A stretch of 56,737 nucleotides of DNA from Candidatus Saccharimonadales bacterium (GTDB lineage: Bacteria; Patescibacteriota; Saccharimonadia; Saccharimonadales; JACQNP01). Both the position numbers and the translations under genes were made by a program. The DNA is taken from NCBI GenBank assembly GCA_041742395.1, contig JBGSIS010000003.1, positions 1 through 56,737 of the forward strand, written 5' to 3'. A model generated the notes under the pieces. It was not told where the DNA came from. It worked only from the letters and a program-made list of their open reading frames with translations, and did not search any database. Within the stretch, counting starts at the first letter, position 1. The number at the start of each line of letters is the position of its first letter. Of this stretch, positions 31,364-40,503 are shown piece after piece.

Positions 31364-32299
31364 ATGAGAGTGTACAAAAAAATATCAAAGACAACTACAG
31401 TAACTTTATTAATTATCACTTTAGTTTTTGCATTTATTAGTGACACCGCAAGAGTTAGTGCTCAAACAGCATGTGCAGCACTTCCAACTGATAAGGGACA
31501 AGCAGTTTCTGATATATCGGCAACTTCAGCAGGAACATACTATGTATGGGTAAGAATGATGGCACCTGATACTGTAAGTAACTCAGTCTATCTTCAAGTT
31601 AATAACTCGCTTTGTAACGTTAACTTTGGTGACAGCAGTATACCTCCCAATACTTGGACTTGGGTAAATTATAGAGATGGCACTTCGGCTAGTAAAGTTA
31701 GTACTAACTTAGTTTCGGGTGCTAATAAGCTATATATTGCGGGACGTGAAAATGGCGTTAAGGTTGATAAGGTTATCTTTACCGCGAATTCGACATGTAT
31801 TCCAAGTGGGTTTGGTGAAAATTGCACAACCAACCAGCCAGACACAACTCCACCGTCAACTCCAACTAGTCTTACTTCTTCTAGCGTAAGTCAAACAGGG
31901 CTCAGATTATCCTGGAACGCTAGTACTGACGATAAGGCAGTAACAGGTTATGAAATATTTAGAAATGGTACTAGAATAGCAACTTCAACAACTAATAGCT
32001 ATACGGTATCAGGATTAACAGCCAGTACTACATATTCATTCTATGTTAAAGCTTATGACGCAGTTCCGAATATATCACCATCATCAAACACTATTCAGGT
32101 TACTACGCTCGCTTCAACTCCAGTTACCAGACAAGGTGACATTAATAATGATAATAAAGTCGATCTAGTCGATCTTAACTATCTTATTAGTAACTGGGAT
32201 CCAAGCGGCATTAAACCAGGATCTTTAGCTGACTTTAATAAAGACAATAAAGTCGATCTAGTTGATCTTAACTATCTTATTAGCGGTTGGACTGGATAA
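31364..32299 (+). CDS. Secreted protein: CBM-like domain + fibronectin III + C-terminal dockerin
   Basis: Signal peptide; GTYYVWVRM..REN.VKVD; DTTPPSTP..LSWNASTDD.AVTGY..VKAYDA; twin GDINNDNKVDLVDL/ADFNKDNKVDLVDL. Confidence 0.85.
   Translation: MRVYKKISKTTTVTLLIITLVFAFISDTARVSAQTACAALPTDKGQAVSDISATSAGTYYVWVRMMAPDTVSNSVYLQVNNSLCNVNFGDSSIPPNTWTWVNYRDGTSASKVSTNLVSGANKLYIAGRENGVKVDKVIFTANSTCIPSGFGENCTTNQPDTTPPSTPTSLTSSSVSQTGLRLSWNASTDDKAVTGYEIFRNGTRIATSTTNSYTVSGLTASTTYSFYVKAYDAVPNISPSSNTIQVTTLASTPVTRQGDINNDNKVDLVDLNYLISNWDPSGIKPGSLADFNKDNKVDLVDLNYLISGWTG
32153..32283 (+). repeat. 38-bp direct repeat (two copies, 1 mismatch) encoding the dockerin EF-hand pair
   Basis: AATAAAGTCGATCTAGT(C/T)GATCTTAACTATCTTATTAG at 32153-32190 and 32246-32283. 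Confidence 0.9.
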
Positions 32300-32424
32300 T
32301 TTAAAGCTTGAAAAAATAATTAACCCAGAGTAAAGTAAAAGCATAAACATTTAAAAACAGAGATCTTTAAACAAACAAAAAATTAACCGAAGCAGCGAAA
32401 ATTGCTAGATTTTAAAAATTTAAA

Positions 32425-33015
32425 ATGAAAAAATATAAGTTAAATAAAAAAAGAAAATACTACACAGTTGATTATGTTAAGTACTATTCTATTGGAGTAA
32501 TGCTAGTTGCGGTATATTTATTTATTAACGTAATTTCTCCGATAGTAATTCCAGGTAAGGGCACAGCCTACGCTTCGACAAGCGAGATAAAATCATCACT
32601 CAAGGATAATAATAGAATTATAGTGCCAAAGCTTAACTTGGACGTCGAATACTTTACTGGAACACAACAGGTTCTAAATAAAGGAGCTTGGCACAGATTT
32701 CCTGAAAGAGGAAATCCCAAAGAAGGCGGTAATTTTATTCTTGCAGCTCATAGGTTTAAATTAGACTGGACACCATGGAGTACTAATCATAGTTCTCCTT
32801 TCTATAATATAAATAAACTAAATGAAAGCGACCAGATAATTATTCAGTATGAAGGTGAAATATTTGAGTATAAAATAAGTAAAATATATGAAGTTAAGTC
32901 AAATGATACAAAAATTGAGGCAACAACAACTGAAAATAGACTAACACTTTACACATGTACTTTAAATGGTAGCGATGATGGTAGGATTGTTATTGAAGCC
33001 TCAATTGTAAACTAG
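32425..33015 (+). CDS. Sortase
   Basis: N-terminal TM; GNFILAAHR, LTLYTC, GR (H-C-R triad). Confidence 0.9.
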   Translation: MKKYKLNKKRKYYTVDYVKYYSIGVMLVAVYLFINVISPIVIPGKGTAYASTSEIKSSLKDNNRIIVPKLNLDVEYFTGTQQVLNKGAWHRFPERGNPKEGGNFILAAHRFKLDWTPWSTNHSSPFYNINKLNESDQIIIQYEGEIFEYKISKIYEVKSNDTKIEATTTENRLTLYTCTLNGSDDGRIVIEASIVN

Positions 33016-33137
33016 TTATGCTATAAGCTATAAATTAGGTTAAAAGATATTATTTTCGTGTTAACTAATCTAGTACTTTAGTTAAAATAATATTTATTCA
33101 AAAAATGCATGCAAATCAACTTAATAATAAATATCAT

Positions 33138-34799
33138 CTACACACCTATTTCAATTGTTTCGCCGCCAAGTTTTCTAGAAAATATACTATCGTGAGATAT
33201 ATAAATTACTGCACCACGATAGTCTACTAATGCATTTTCTAGTTCTTCGATACTTGGAAGATCAAGGTGATTGGTAGGTTCATCAAGTATTAGAATATTG
33301 GGGTCACCAGCTAACATTGCAATAAGTTGTAAACGAGCTTTTTGCCCACCACTTAATCGGGTAACAGGCATATCTATATCTGCCATTGGGTTAAATAGAT
33401 AATTACTAAGTAGTTGCTTTACATGTTGTGGATTAATAGGAAGGTTCTTATCGCGGAGTATTTGTTCGACGGCTTGCCCTAAATTCATTTTCAAGTAATC
33501 AGAGTCTATTTCTTGTTCGTATAATCCAATTGATATTTCTTTTTCTAATATTATGTTGCCAGAGAATTGCTGACTAGTTAGTTTCTCATCGTTTAGTTTA
33601 GATATTATTGCTCGAACAAGCGTAGTTTTTCCGGCTCCATTTCTGCCATTAAGACGTAATCGTTCACCTTCATTAATAATAAAATTGATATTGTCAAATA
33701 ATGGCTCGTCATCGTAACCTAAACTAAGTTTAGTTACTTGAAGTAACTTTCTTTTAGTTTTTTCAGATGAATGTTTTTTAGTATCGATCTTTATATTAGT
33801 AGCTTTGTATTTATCATAAGCAGCTGTTAGTTTAGTACTCATGTTTTCAGTAGATTCTTGATCAATCCAGAATGATGGCTTTTCCTTTTGTAGTAGACTT
33901 TTAAGTTCAGCCTCTGCCTTAGATTCTTGAGATTTAAATCTTCGAATTGTACCCGGCGTTCGAGATTTTTCCTTAAGTCGTCTAAATCTTACAATATCTT
34001 GTCTCAAGTTACTAATCCGACGTTGCGATATATCATATTCATTAACCTTAGATGTCACTTGGCTAGTGTTAGTCCTAAGATATGCATCATAATTTCCACG
34101 AAAGTTATATGCTCGGCCATCTCTGACTTCAATGATGCGGTCTACGTTACTAAGCACGTCACGATCATGTGTCACGACTAACACAGCTTCTTTAGTTTCT
34201 TTAAGCCATTTAATAAATGATTTCTTAGCTACATAATCCATGTGGTTGGTCGGTTCATCTATTAGTGCTAAATTACCTCGGCTTCGTTGCACTTTAATCA
34301 GCTCAATCATTCTTTTCTGCCCACCACTTAAAGTACCTATTTTTCGGTGTAAGTGAGAAGTATCTATTTGGTAAGTGTCAAAAGCTTGTCCAAGCTCATC
34401 TTCGAGTTGGTAATAGCCGAGATGCTCAAAGCGTTCTATGGCATCCGAGAATTTTTGAATCATATGAGGCTTACTTCCCATTGTTTCCGGGTAAGTATCA
34501 ATAATATGTGTCAAGTCTTGATATTCAGGCAGATCCCCTTGAATATACTCCAGGACAGTCTTATCTTCATGACCATGATGCTCTTGTCTACTAGAAATAA
34601 CTACTGTTCCAGTTTTGGACAATATTTCACCTTCAAAATCTTTGTCGTCGTTAATAATTATATTAAGAAGTGTTGACTTGCCAGTTCCGTTCCTTCCAAC
34701 TAACCCAATCTTTTCACCTTCTTGAATATCAAAATTTAGATCCTTGTATAGAACCTTGTCGCCAAAAGATTTTTCAGATATATTTACGGAAAGTAGCAT
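33138..34799 (-). CDS. ABC-F family ATPase
   Basis: Two NBDs (GRNGTGKST, LSGGQ, DEPTNH twice), no TM. Confidence 0.93.
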   Translation of the reverse strand: MLLSVNISEKSFGDKVLYKDLNFDIQEGEKIGLVGRNGTGKSTLLNIIINDDKDFEGEILSKTGTVVISSRQEHHGHEDKTVLEYIQGDLPEYQDLTHIIDTYPETMGSKPHMIQKFSDAIERFEHLGYYQLEDELGQAFDTYQIDTSHLHRKIGTLSGGQKRMIELIKVQRSRGNLALIDEPTNHMDYVAKKSFIKWLKETKEAVLVVTHDRDVLSNVDRIIEVRDGRAYNFRGNYDAYLRTNTSQVTSKVNEYDISQRRISNLRQDIVRFRRLKEKSRTPGTIRRFKSQESKAEAELKSLLQKEKPSFWIDQESTENMSTKLTAAYDKYKATNIKIDTKKHSSEKTKRKLLQVTKLSLGYDDEPLFDNINFIINEGERLRLNGRNGAGKTTLVRAIISKLNDEKLTSQQFSGNIILEKEISIGLYEQEIDSDYLKMNLGQAVEQILRDKNLPINPQHVKQLLSNYLFNPMADIDMPVTRLSGGQKARLQLIAMLAGDPNILILDEPTNHLDLPSIEELENALVDYRGAVIYISHDSIFSRKLGGETIEIGV

Positions 34800-35106
34800 A
34801 AGTGTTATAGTATACTCTATTTTTTGATAAACTACTACAGCTTTACTAAAAAATTAGTTCAAATAATATATTTAAACTATTATAAAATCTAAAGTATCCA
34901 ACTTATTTTTATAGAATCATGGGCATACACTCTTGTTTAAATTAAAATTTATAATGATTTGAATATAAGTGAATATAGGGAAGTGACTAAATAATTTGTC
35001 TTATAAATATACTTTGATTATCAATTATTTGTCTATAGAATGACATACAATCAAAAGCTCTCTTAAAATTAGCACAATGCAATTATTGAAAGTATTAAAA
35101 TATTAT

Positions 35107-37260
35107 TTATTCTAAGCTACACCAAAGTAAGAAACAGTTTGCTTTGGCTGAGGTTGTTGCAGCATCTGACGTATTTCCTGCAGCATCTTGAGCTTCGATT
35201 CTATAGTTATACAGTGTTCCACTTTTCAAGCTGGAGTCTTTATAATTTGTACTAGTTGTTTTACTAATAACTGTGCCGTTGCGACTTACGACATATTGAT
35301 CTACTCCAATATTGTCACTTGATGCATTCCATTTTATTTGTAAATCATATCTCAATCTAGCTGCATTTAATATAAGACTTCGACTAATATTGGTTGGACT
35401 AGTTGGTTTTTGGATGTCTAAAGTTGGTTGAGGAATTGGAGTAGGAGCGGGAGTAGGCGTCGGAGCAGGAGCTGGAATCGGTGTCGGGGCAGGAACAGGA
35501 GTAGGATTTACACTGTTAGCTGAACTAATAGTGGCATCATCTAGATAGAATACTTCTCCGTACTCTGCACCTTCAATGAAAAGTCGTAGTCCAACATTAG
35601 TTGTATTAGCTGGAGCAATTGCGCTGCAGGTTCGGGTTGTCCAACCAGTTGTAGTAGTTGTTGATGTACCTGACACTGTAGATAGGATCTTACCTCCATT
35701 GTAGAACCGAATTTCACAACGAGCATTCCTTTGATTCGAAGCAGATTTTACAGCTAGTGAAGCAGTAATGTTTTGTCCGGCTGTAGTAGTTAGACCTTGA
35801 GTATATTGAGGTGTGCCAATTCTGATAGTTTTAGAGTTATCTGGGAATTGACCACTAGCGTCAGCTTTGACAACTAGAGCTCCAGCTTTCTTTTGACCTT
35901 GAGCTGTAGTGTGAGTAAATGATGCATTACCTTGACCTACCCAGTCAGTAGTGCTTACATCGAAGCTGTATGTGGCCGGTAGTGTTGCTTGTATACTCTC
36001 AGGTTCAGCTGGATCGTTTGGACTTGGTGCAGGTATCGGTTCTGGTGTAGGAGGGACAGGCGCAGGAGTAGTTGTAGTAGTAGTTGATCCCGGTACTGGA
36101 GGTGGGATTGGATCGCCATCGTAGACTGCTCCAATAAAGTCGTTTATTTTACCTACTTTTCCGGCATAGTTAGAAGTTACTCCGGTTGTTTCATCCAATA
36201 TTCTATCGCCATAGTTGTTCTGGGTGATAACATAGTCAGCCCTTTGATTTCCGAAACCGATTGACCATGTACGTATAGATAGTCCTGGATAATATCTGAG
36301 GTTAGGCCCAATTTCATTATTTCGTACCATTTGTGGGTTACTGGGATTGGTACCCATTATAGATATGCCAGTATTGAAGCCATTAATATAATTGTCTTCT
36401 ACTAATACACCTTCAGCCCCTGAAGGGCCTGCTGAGCCGGTGGCTGTATTCGGAACCCATATTCCGATGTTACCACCGTTTTCTGGTCCATCTTGAGCAC
36501 CAGCTGCAAGGGCACTTTCACTTGGATGAACTCCGGTAATAATGGTGTTATGTCGAGCAATCCAGTTAAATTTGAAATATTCACCTTGAATTCCATCAAC
36601 ATGACCAGGTGAATTTTCAGTACCTTGTCCGGAAATATTCAGATAGTTGTGTTCAAATAACGAGTTAGTACCAGACTTAATCCCGTCACCCGATCCTTTA
36701 ACTAAACTATAGCGAACTGTTCCCGGATAATAAGCATCAATTCCAGAGATAGACCAGCCAGTTGGACCTTGATCTATAATACAGTGATCGATAAGGTAAG
36801 GACTACCACTTGTTTTCTTGATTGCAACAGTTCCTGTACCTACAGTTTTTGTTGTATAGGTTACTTTACAGTCAATAAGAGCAACTTTAGGTGCCTGTAT
36901 ATACAATGGTCCTTCAAATTCGTAACCCTGTAATCGCATCCAACCATCAGCTCCGCGTGTTCCTGAGCTTTCAGTTATCGTAGTTCCACCAGTCCACTTT
37001 TTTAGTGGACCATAAGGTTTATGACCATAAGTTGATGCTTGAGGACCAACATCAGCTTGTGTAATAAACTTATTTGTCGTCGCTGCATTAGACATAAATA
37101 CTAGAGCAGAACCAATAACTGCAAATATTAATGCGAATACAATAAACATACTTCGTTTAGAATAATTAGTTAAGAATCCATAACGAGAAGTTTTTGTTGT
37201 TTTTTTACGGTTAGTAGTTTTACGAGTTGTAGGTTTGTTTTTATTGGCTTGCTTTGCCAT
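35107..37260 (-). CDS. Large exported protein: beta-helix + Pro/Thr linkers + CBM4/9-like + FN3
   Basis: TM; DGIK..EHNY..HVDGIQ..RHNTI..EDNYING; PAPT repeats; WNASSDNIGV..AQDAAGNTS. Confidence 0.8.
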   Translation of the reverse strand: MAKQANKNKPTTRKTTNRKKTTKTSRYGFLTNYSKRSMFIVFALIFAVIGSALVFMSNAATTNKFITQADVGPQASTYGHKPYGPLKKWTGGTTITESSGTRGADGWMRLQGYEFEGPLYIQAPKVALIDCKVTYTTKTVGTGTVAIKKTSGSPYLIDHCIIDQGPTGWSISGIDAYYPGTVRYSLVKGSGDGIKSGTNSLFEHNYLNISGQGTENSPGHVDGIQGEYFKFNWIARHNTIITGVHPSESALAAGAQDGPENGGNIGIWVPNTATGSAGPSGAEGVLVEDNYINGFNTGISIMGTNPSNPQMVRNNEIGPNLRYYPGLSIRTWSIGFGNQRADYVITQNNYGDRILDETTGVTSNYAGKVGKINDFIGAVYDGDPIPPPVPGSTTTTTTPAPVPPTPEPIPAPSPNDPAEPESIQATLPATYSFDVSTTDWVGQGNASFTHTTAQGQKKAGALVVKADASGQFPDNSKTIRIGTPQYTQGLTTTAGQNITASLAVKSASNQRNARCEIRFYNGGKILSTVSGTSTTTTTGWTTRTCSAIAPANTTNVGLRLFIEGAEYGEVFYLDDATISSANSVNPTPVPAPTPIPAPAPTPTPAPTPIPQPTLDIQKPTSPTNISRSLILNAARLRYDLQIKWNASSDNIGVDQYVVSRNGTVISKTTSTNYKDSSLKSGTLYNYRIEAQDAAGNTSDAATTSAKANCFLLWCSLE

Positions 37261-37522
37261 TATACATCCTTTTTATTTTTTAATGCTTATGGCTTTATTT
37301 ATATCATATTTAGTAATTTGATGTAAACGAATAAAAGGAAGCTAATAATTTGTAAGATTTCTATTTTTGGTCAATCTGACAACCATTTGTTGTCTCTCCA
37401 TAGCAAATGCTGAACACATATGGGTCAATTGTTCTCGTTTTAAAAATCAAACAAGGTGTCTATGTCAAAAAAATGTACTTATATATAAATGGACGCAATT
37501 AATTCTGGAATAAATATTGAAA

Positions 37523-39496
37523 TTAATCCCTTTGGTCCTGACCAACTAACCTCGCTCGCATTTCAGTGAATCGTTGTTGGTCTTTTAGGGCAAGTTCTCC
37601 GGGCTTCGTTCCTTTATTGGCATGTTTTGTTTTAACGTCAACTTTTCCGCCAATGATATTAATTACCGTTATTACAATCGGACTACGTCCAGTATTTTCA
37701 TACATAAAGTGAGTTATAAAATCTCGTATTTCCGCCTTCAAACGATCCAGATTAACACGTTTATATCTCTGCGTTAAAGATCGTTGAAGCTCTTTTCTGA
37801 ATAGACTCATAATTTCTTCGTTATCTTTCATTTCTATGAACCCCCGACTAATAATGTCAGGACTTGTTAATAACTGACCAGATTTTTTGTCTAGGGTTAG
37901 GATCACGGCCATTATACCTTCTTCACCTAACATCAAACGGTCTTTGACTACTAAGCCACTCACAATACTACCATTTTGATCAACCAATAAGCTGCCATGA
38001 GGTTCCTGTCCGCCGTGTTCGATAGTGTCGGGAGTCAAGTAAAGACAGTCTCCGTTTTCAAGAATCATTATATTCTTACGCGGAATACTTTCCTCGACTC
38101 CGAGTTCAGCATGGTAGATGCGACGAAGTGTACCGGCGTGAACAGGAATGAAAAACTTAGGACGAACTAGTTTTAGCATTTCTCGGAGTTCACCTCTACG
38201 GGCATGTCCGGATACGTGCAGAGGGCCACAGCCGTCAACCTCGTGTGTTGGGTGCCTAAAAAGGTGTACACCTTTTTGCTTAAGACGGTTACTGAGCTGG
38301 TCATAAGAGACTTCATTTCCGGGAATCGGAGATGAGCTAATGACAACCGTATCACCATCGCTAAGATTAACATGCCTATGTTCACCTTCACTCATACGTT
38401 GAAGTGCGGCATTAGGTTCACCTTGTCCACCGGTACACATTACAAGTAATTTATGTGGAGCAATATTGCTGGCCTGCTGGATTGGGATAACTGTGCCTTT
38501 AGGAATTTTTAGAATACCTTGTTTTACGGCAATTTCGGCATAACTGAGCATACCGCGACTGTCGAGGGCTACATTACGTCCAGCCGCCACTGCAGCATTA
38601 ATGATCATTTGGGTGCGGTTCATGTTACTGGAAAAAGCGGCCACAAAGATTCGTCCAGTCGCTTTACCAATAATGTCATAGAAACTCTGCTGCAATGTGC
38701 TTTCCGTTGGCACACGACCCTCTACATCGGCATAGCTACTATCACTCAGCAGCAGTAAAACTCCTTTATCACCAAGCTCTTTAAGGCGTTTTGTATCACT
38801 GGGCATTTTATCTAGAGGTTCAGGATCTAACCTAAAATCTCCGGTGGCAATAATGCGTCCCACAGGCGTGTCAATGCAAAGTGCTGCTGCATCAGGCAGG
38901 GCATGTGTTACTCGCACGAATTCTACAGAGAAGCTAGCAATATTAAACTTCTCATGCGTATCTAGTTGAGCGGTAACTACCTGAGGTTTAAATTCCTGTC
39001 CAGTATCGACAAATAGATCCTCAAAAGCCTTTTCTACTAACCCAATTGTGTAGCGTGAGCCGTATATTGGCGCAGGATACAGTGGTACTGTATGTCGAAG
39101 CCCACCAATGTGATCTAAGTGGCCGTGGGTGATAATATATGCTTTAATCTTATGTTTAATGGTTTTAAGGTATGAGATATCATTAACTGTATAGTTAACA
39201 CCAGGCAAATCTATACCCAATGAGTTGCCACAGTCTAGTATTATGGCCTCATTTTTATATTCGATGATGGCCATATTTTTTTCTCCGACATCTTCAAGTC
39301 CACCTAGGAAGGTTATTTTTAGTTTATCAAAGTAATCTGCTATGATATTTGCACGCTTAAGAGATCTCTGTGATGCATCTGCATACTTTTTAATGACGAG
39401 GTTAGCGTCGTCTTGATTACGCTTTTGTGCCCGAATTGCTGCACCGCGAGTTTTTGCAGAAATACTACGTAGTTCTTGTTTATTATTATTGTTCAT
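37523..39496 (-). CDS. rnj: Ribonuclease J
   Basis: LGGLEDVGEKNM, THGHLDHIG, TGDF, GGQGEP, PIPGNE, HVSGH, PVH, SRGF. Confidence 0.95.
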   Translation of the reverse strand: MNNNNKQELRSISAKTRGAAIRAQKRNQDDANLVIKKYADASQRSLKRANIIADYFDKLKITFLGGLEDVGEKNMAIIEYKNEAIILDCGNSLGIDLPGVNYTVNDISYLKTIKHKIKAYIITHGHLDHIGGLRHTVPLYPAPIYGSRYTIGLVEKAFEDLFVDTGQEFKPQVVTAQLDTHEKFNIASFSVEFVRVTHALPDAAALCIDTPVGRIIATGDFRLDPEPLDKMPSDTKRLKELGDKGVLLLLSDSSYADVEGRVPTESTLQQSFYDIIGKATGRIFVAAFSSNMNRTQMIINAAVAAGRNVALDSRGMLSYAEIAVKQGILKIPKGTVIPIQQASNIAPHKLLVMCTGGQGEPNAALQRMSEGEHRHVNLSDGDTVVISSSPIPGNEVSYDQLSNRLKQKGVHLFRHPTHEVDGCGPLHVSGHARRGELREMLKLVRPKFFIPVHAGTLRRIYHAELGVEESIPRKNIMILENGDCLYLTPDTIEHGGQEPHGSLLVDQNGSIVSGLVVKDRLMLGEEGIMAVILTLDKKSGQLLTSPDIISRGFIEMKDNEEIMSLFRKELQRSLTQRYKRVNLDRLKAEIRDFITHFMYENTGRSPIVITVINIIGGKVDVKTKHANKGTKPGELALKDQQRFTEMRARLVGQDQRD

Positions 39497-39778
39497 ATTT
39501 TTCCTTTATTTAAGGTTGTTATTTTTTAATATTTAATGATTTTTACTGTATATAACAGCTGATTATAAGTAGATTATTGGAGTTCAATAGTGTAGTTGTA
39601 AAAAAGAGATTTATAATGGATTTCAGAAAAGATAGCTGTTGAATATCTTAAGAAGATACTCTAGTTACGTACAATAATAGCATATGCATTACAATAAGTC
39701 AAGGATTTTATCAAGTTTATGTATTTGGCTAGCAGGATGAGAATCAACTCATTTCTGTTCAAAAGTTCTTTACAAAAA

Positions 39779-39813
39779 GAAAAAGACCGTTTATAGCAAA
39801 ACGGTCTATCTTT
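39779..39813 (-). terminator. Terminator after tRNA-Gln
   Basis: AGACCGTTT/AAACGGTCT stem with an A run (T run on minus strand). Confidence 0.65.
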
Positions 39814-39825
39814 ATAATCACTTCG

Positions 39826-39899
39826 TGGCTGGGGATGAGGGATTTGAACCCCCGATCCTGGGACCAGAACCCAGAGCCTTACCACTTGGCCAATCCCCA
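39826..39899 (-). tRNA. tRNA-Gln(CTG)
   Basis: TGGGGAT/ATCCCCA, CTGGG-TTCTGGT-CCCAG, TTCAAAT, G73-CCA. Confidence 0.95.
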
Positions 39900-39939
39900 A
39901 TGATAACGGGGAAATTGTAGCAAAAATATGTGTTTATAT

Positions 39940-40389
39940 CTAGTTTAGTTTTTCTAATGGTCCAACTAGATAATCTTCTAATTGTAACTGTGCTTGTGAG
40001 CTATGCGGTGTACCTGATCCAATAGAATCTCCTTCAGAAGTTTTTCTTTTTTCAAAGAGGGCTGTACCGTCATTTCCGCAAGATTGAACAATTACATTAC
40101 CTCCAGGATGTTGAGATATATAATCAGAAATGTCATAGACATTACCAGATACGATAGTCCAGCAATCTTCCTTAGAATTGTGCTTGGCTACTTCTTCATT
40201 TGTAAGTCTTGCTGAGCCTTGTATATCATCTGATTTAATAGAGTCAGACGGTGAACTTAACGGCGCAGAAGTTAACTGTTCTGTAGTAACTTGACCTTTT
40301 TGTTCACGAGTCAATCTGAAAATTGTAAATCCGAATACTCCAATTAATATAATTCCTAGAAATAAAACAAGTTTTTGAACTTTATTCAC
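39940..40389 (-). CDS. Membrane-anchored cytochrome b5-like heme-binding protein
   Basis: EVAKHN..DCW..VYD..HPGG..CGNDGT..HS. Confidence 0.92.
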   Translation of the reverse strand: MNKVQKLVLFLGIILIGVFGFTIFRLTREQKGQVTTEQLTSAPLSSPSDSIKSDDIQGSARLTNEEVAKHNSKEDCWTIVSGNVYDISDYISQHPGGNVIVQSCGNDGTALFEKRKTSEGDSIGSGTPHSSQAQLQLEDYLVGPLEKLN

Positions 40390-40503
40390 GTTTTGTGCCT
40401 CAATTAAATTGATATAATTATCTCAGATTTTAAAACATAAAAAAATATTTTAGTTCTAATGCTTTTATGTTAAAGTTTATTTATATAAGAGGTCCTTTCA
40501 TAA

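Noticed and set aside
34800-35106. Long AT-rich spacer as oriC, CRISPR leader or CIRCE (TTAGCACA at ~35069)
   Set aside because: No TTATCCACA cluster, no repeat-spacer array, no second CIRCE half-site
37261-37522. Possible riboswitch or small ORF upstream of the beta-helix gene
   Set aside because: Only one short hairpin (GACAAC/GTTGTC) and a 25-codon frame; no recognisable aptamer consensus
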